From Squalus acanthias (lineage: Eukaryota), in NCBI GenBank assembly GCA_030390025.1, contig CM059431.1, forward strand, positions 104,844,001 through 104,908,000: a stretch of 64,000 bases of DNA. Reading direction: 5' to 3'. Below, piece after piece: positions 63,883-64,000 of the stretch (positions are counted from its first letter, which is position 1; each line of letters starts with the position of its first letter). The notes beneath the pieces are model-generated. The model was given only the letters and a program-made list of their open reading frames with translations, did no database searches and was not told where the DNA came from. A program made the translations under genes and the position numbers.

Positions 63883-64000
63883 GTCAGCTGAGGCTCAGTT
63901 GGTAGCACTCTCGTCTCTGAGTCAGAAGGCTTTGGGTTTAAGTCCCGCTCCTGAGACTTGAGCACAAAAATCCAGGCTGACACTCCCAGGGCAGTGCGGA
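63883..64000 (+). mobile_element. Deu-SINE head (runs off the window)
   Basis: tgtcagctgaggctcagttggtagcac. Confidence 0.85.

Overview
Eukaryotic, repeat-saturated DNA, most likely an intron or intergenic region from a cartilaginous fish (shark). That assignment rests on recalled families: HE1-type V-SINEs, SacSINE1-type Deu-SINEs and shark-type CR1/L2 LINEs. I found no intact cellular gene; most ORF-track entries are decayed transposon fragments or chance ORFs. Contents: (1) a near full-length CR1 LINE (7065-17767, minus) carrying a nested CR1, a complete two-gene PIF/Harbinger transposon (8499-12664) and a solo LTR; (2) two further Harbinger Myb/SANT genes, a relic Harbinger transposase and several Harbinger-type MITEs; (3) a Gypsy (Mag-like) provirus with short LTRs, tRNA-Ser PBS and 5-bp TSD; (4) three mosaic solo LTRs of one family; (5) an ORF1-only Tx1 LINE inserted into a SINE's tRNA-like A-box; (6) Penelope-like element (PLE) insertions carrying two families of minimal hammerhead ribozymes, including a 476-bp non-coding fold-back insertion with one ribozyme on each strand. 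A few weak plus-strand exon candidates may belong to an unidentified host gene. Family names come from motif recognition, not database searches. Boundaries lacking a TSD are approximate.
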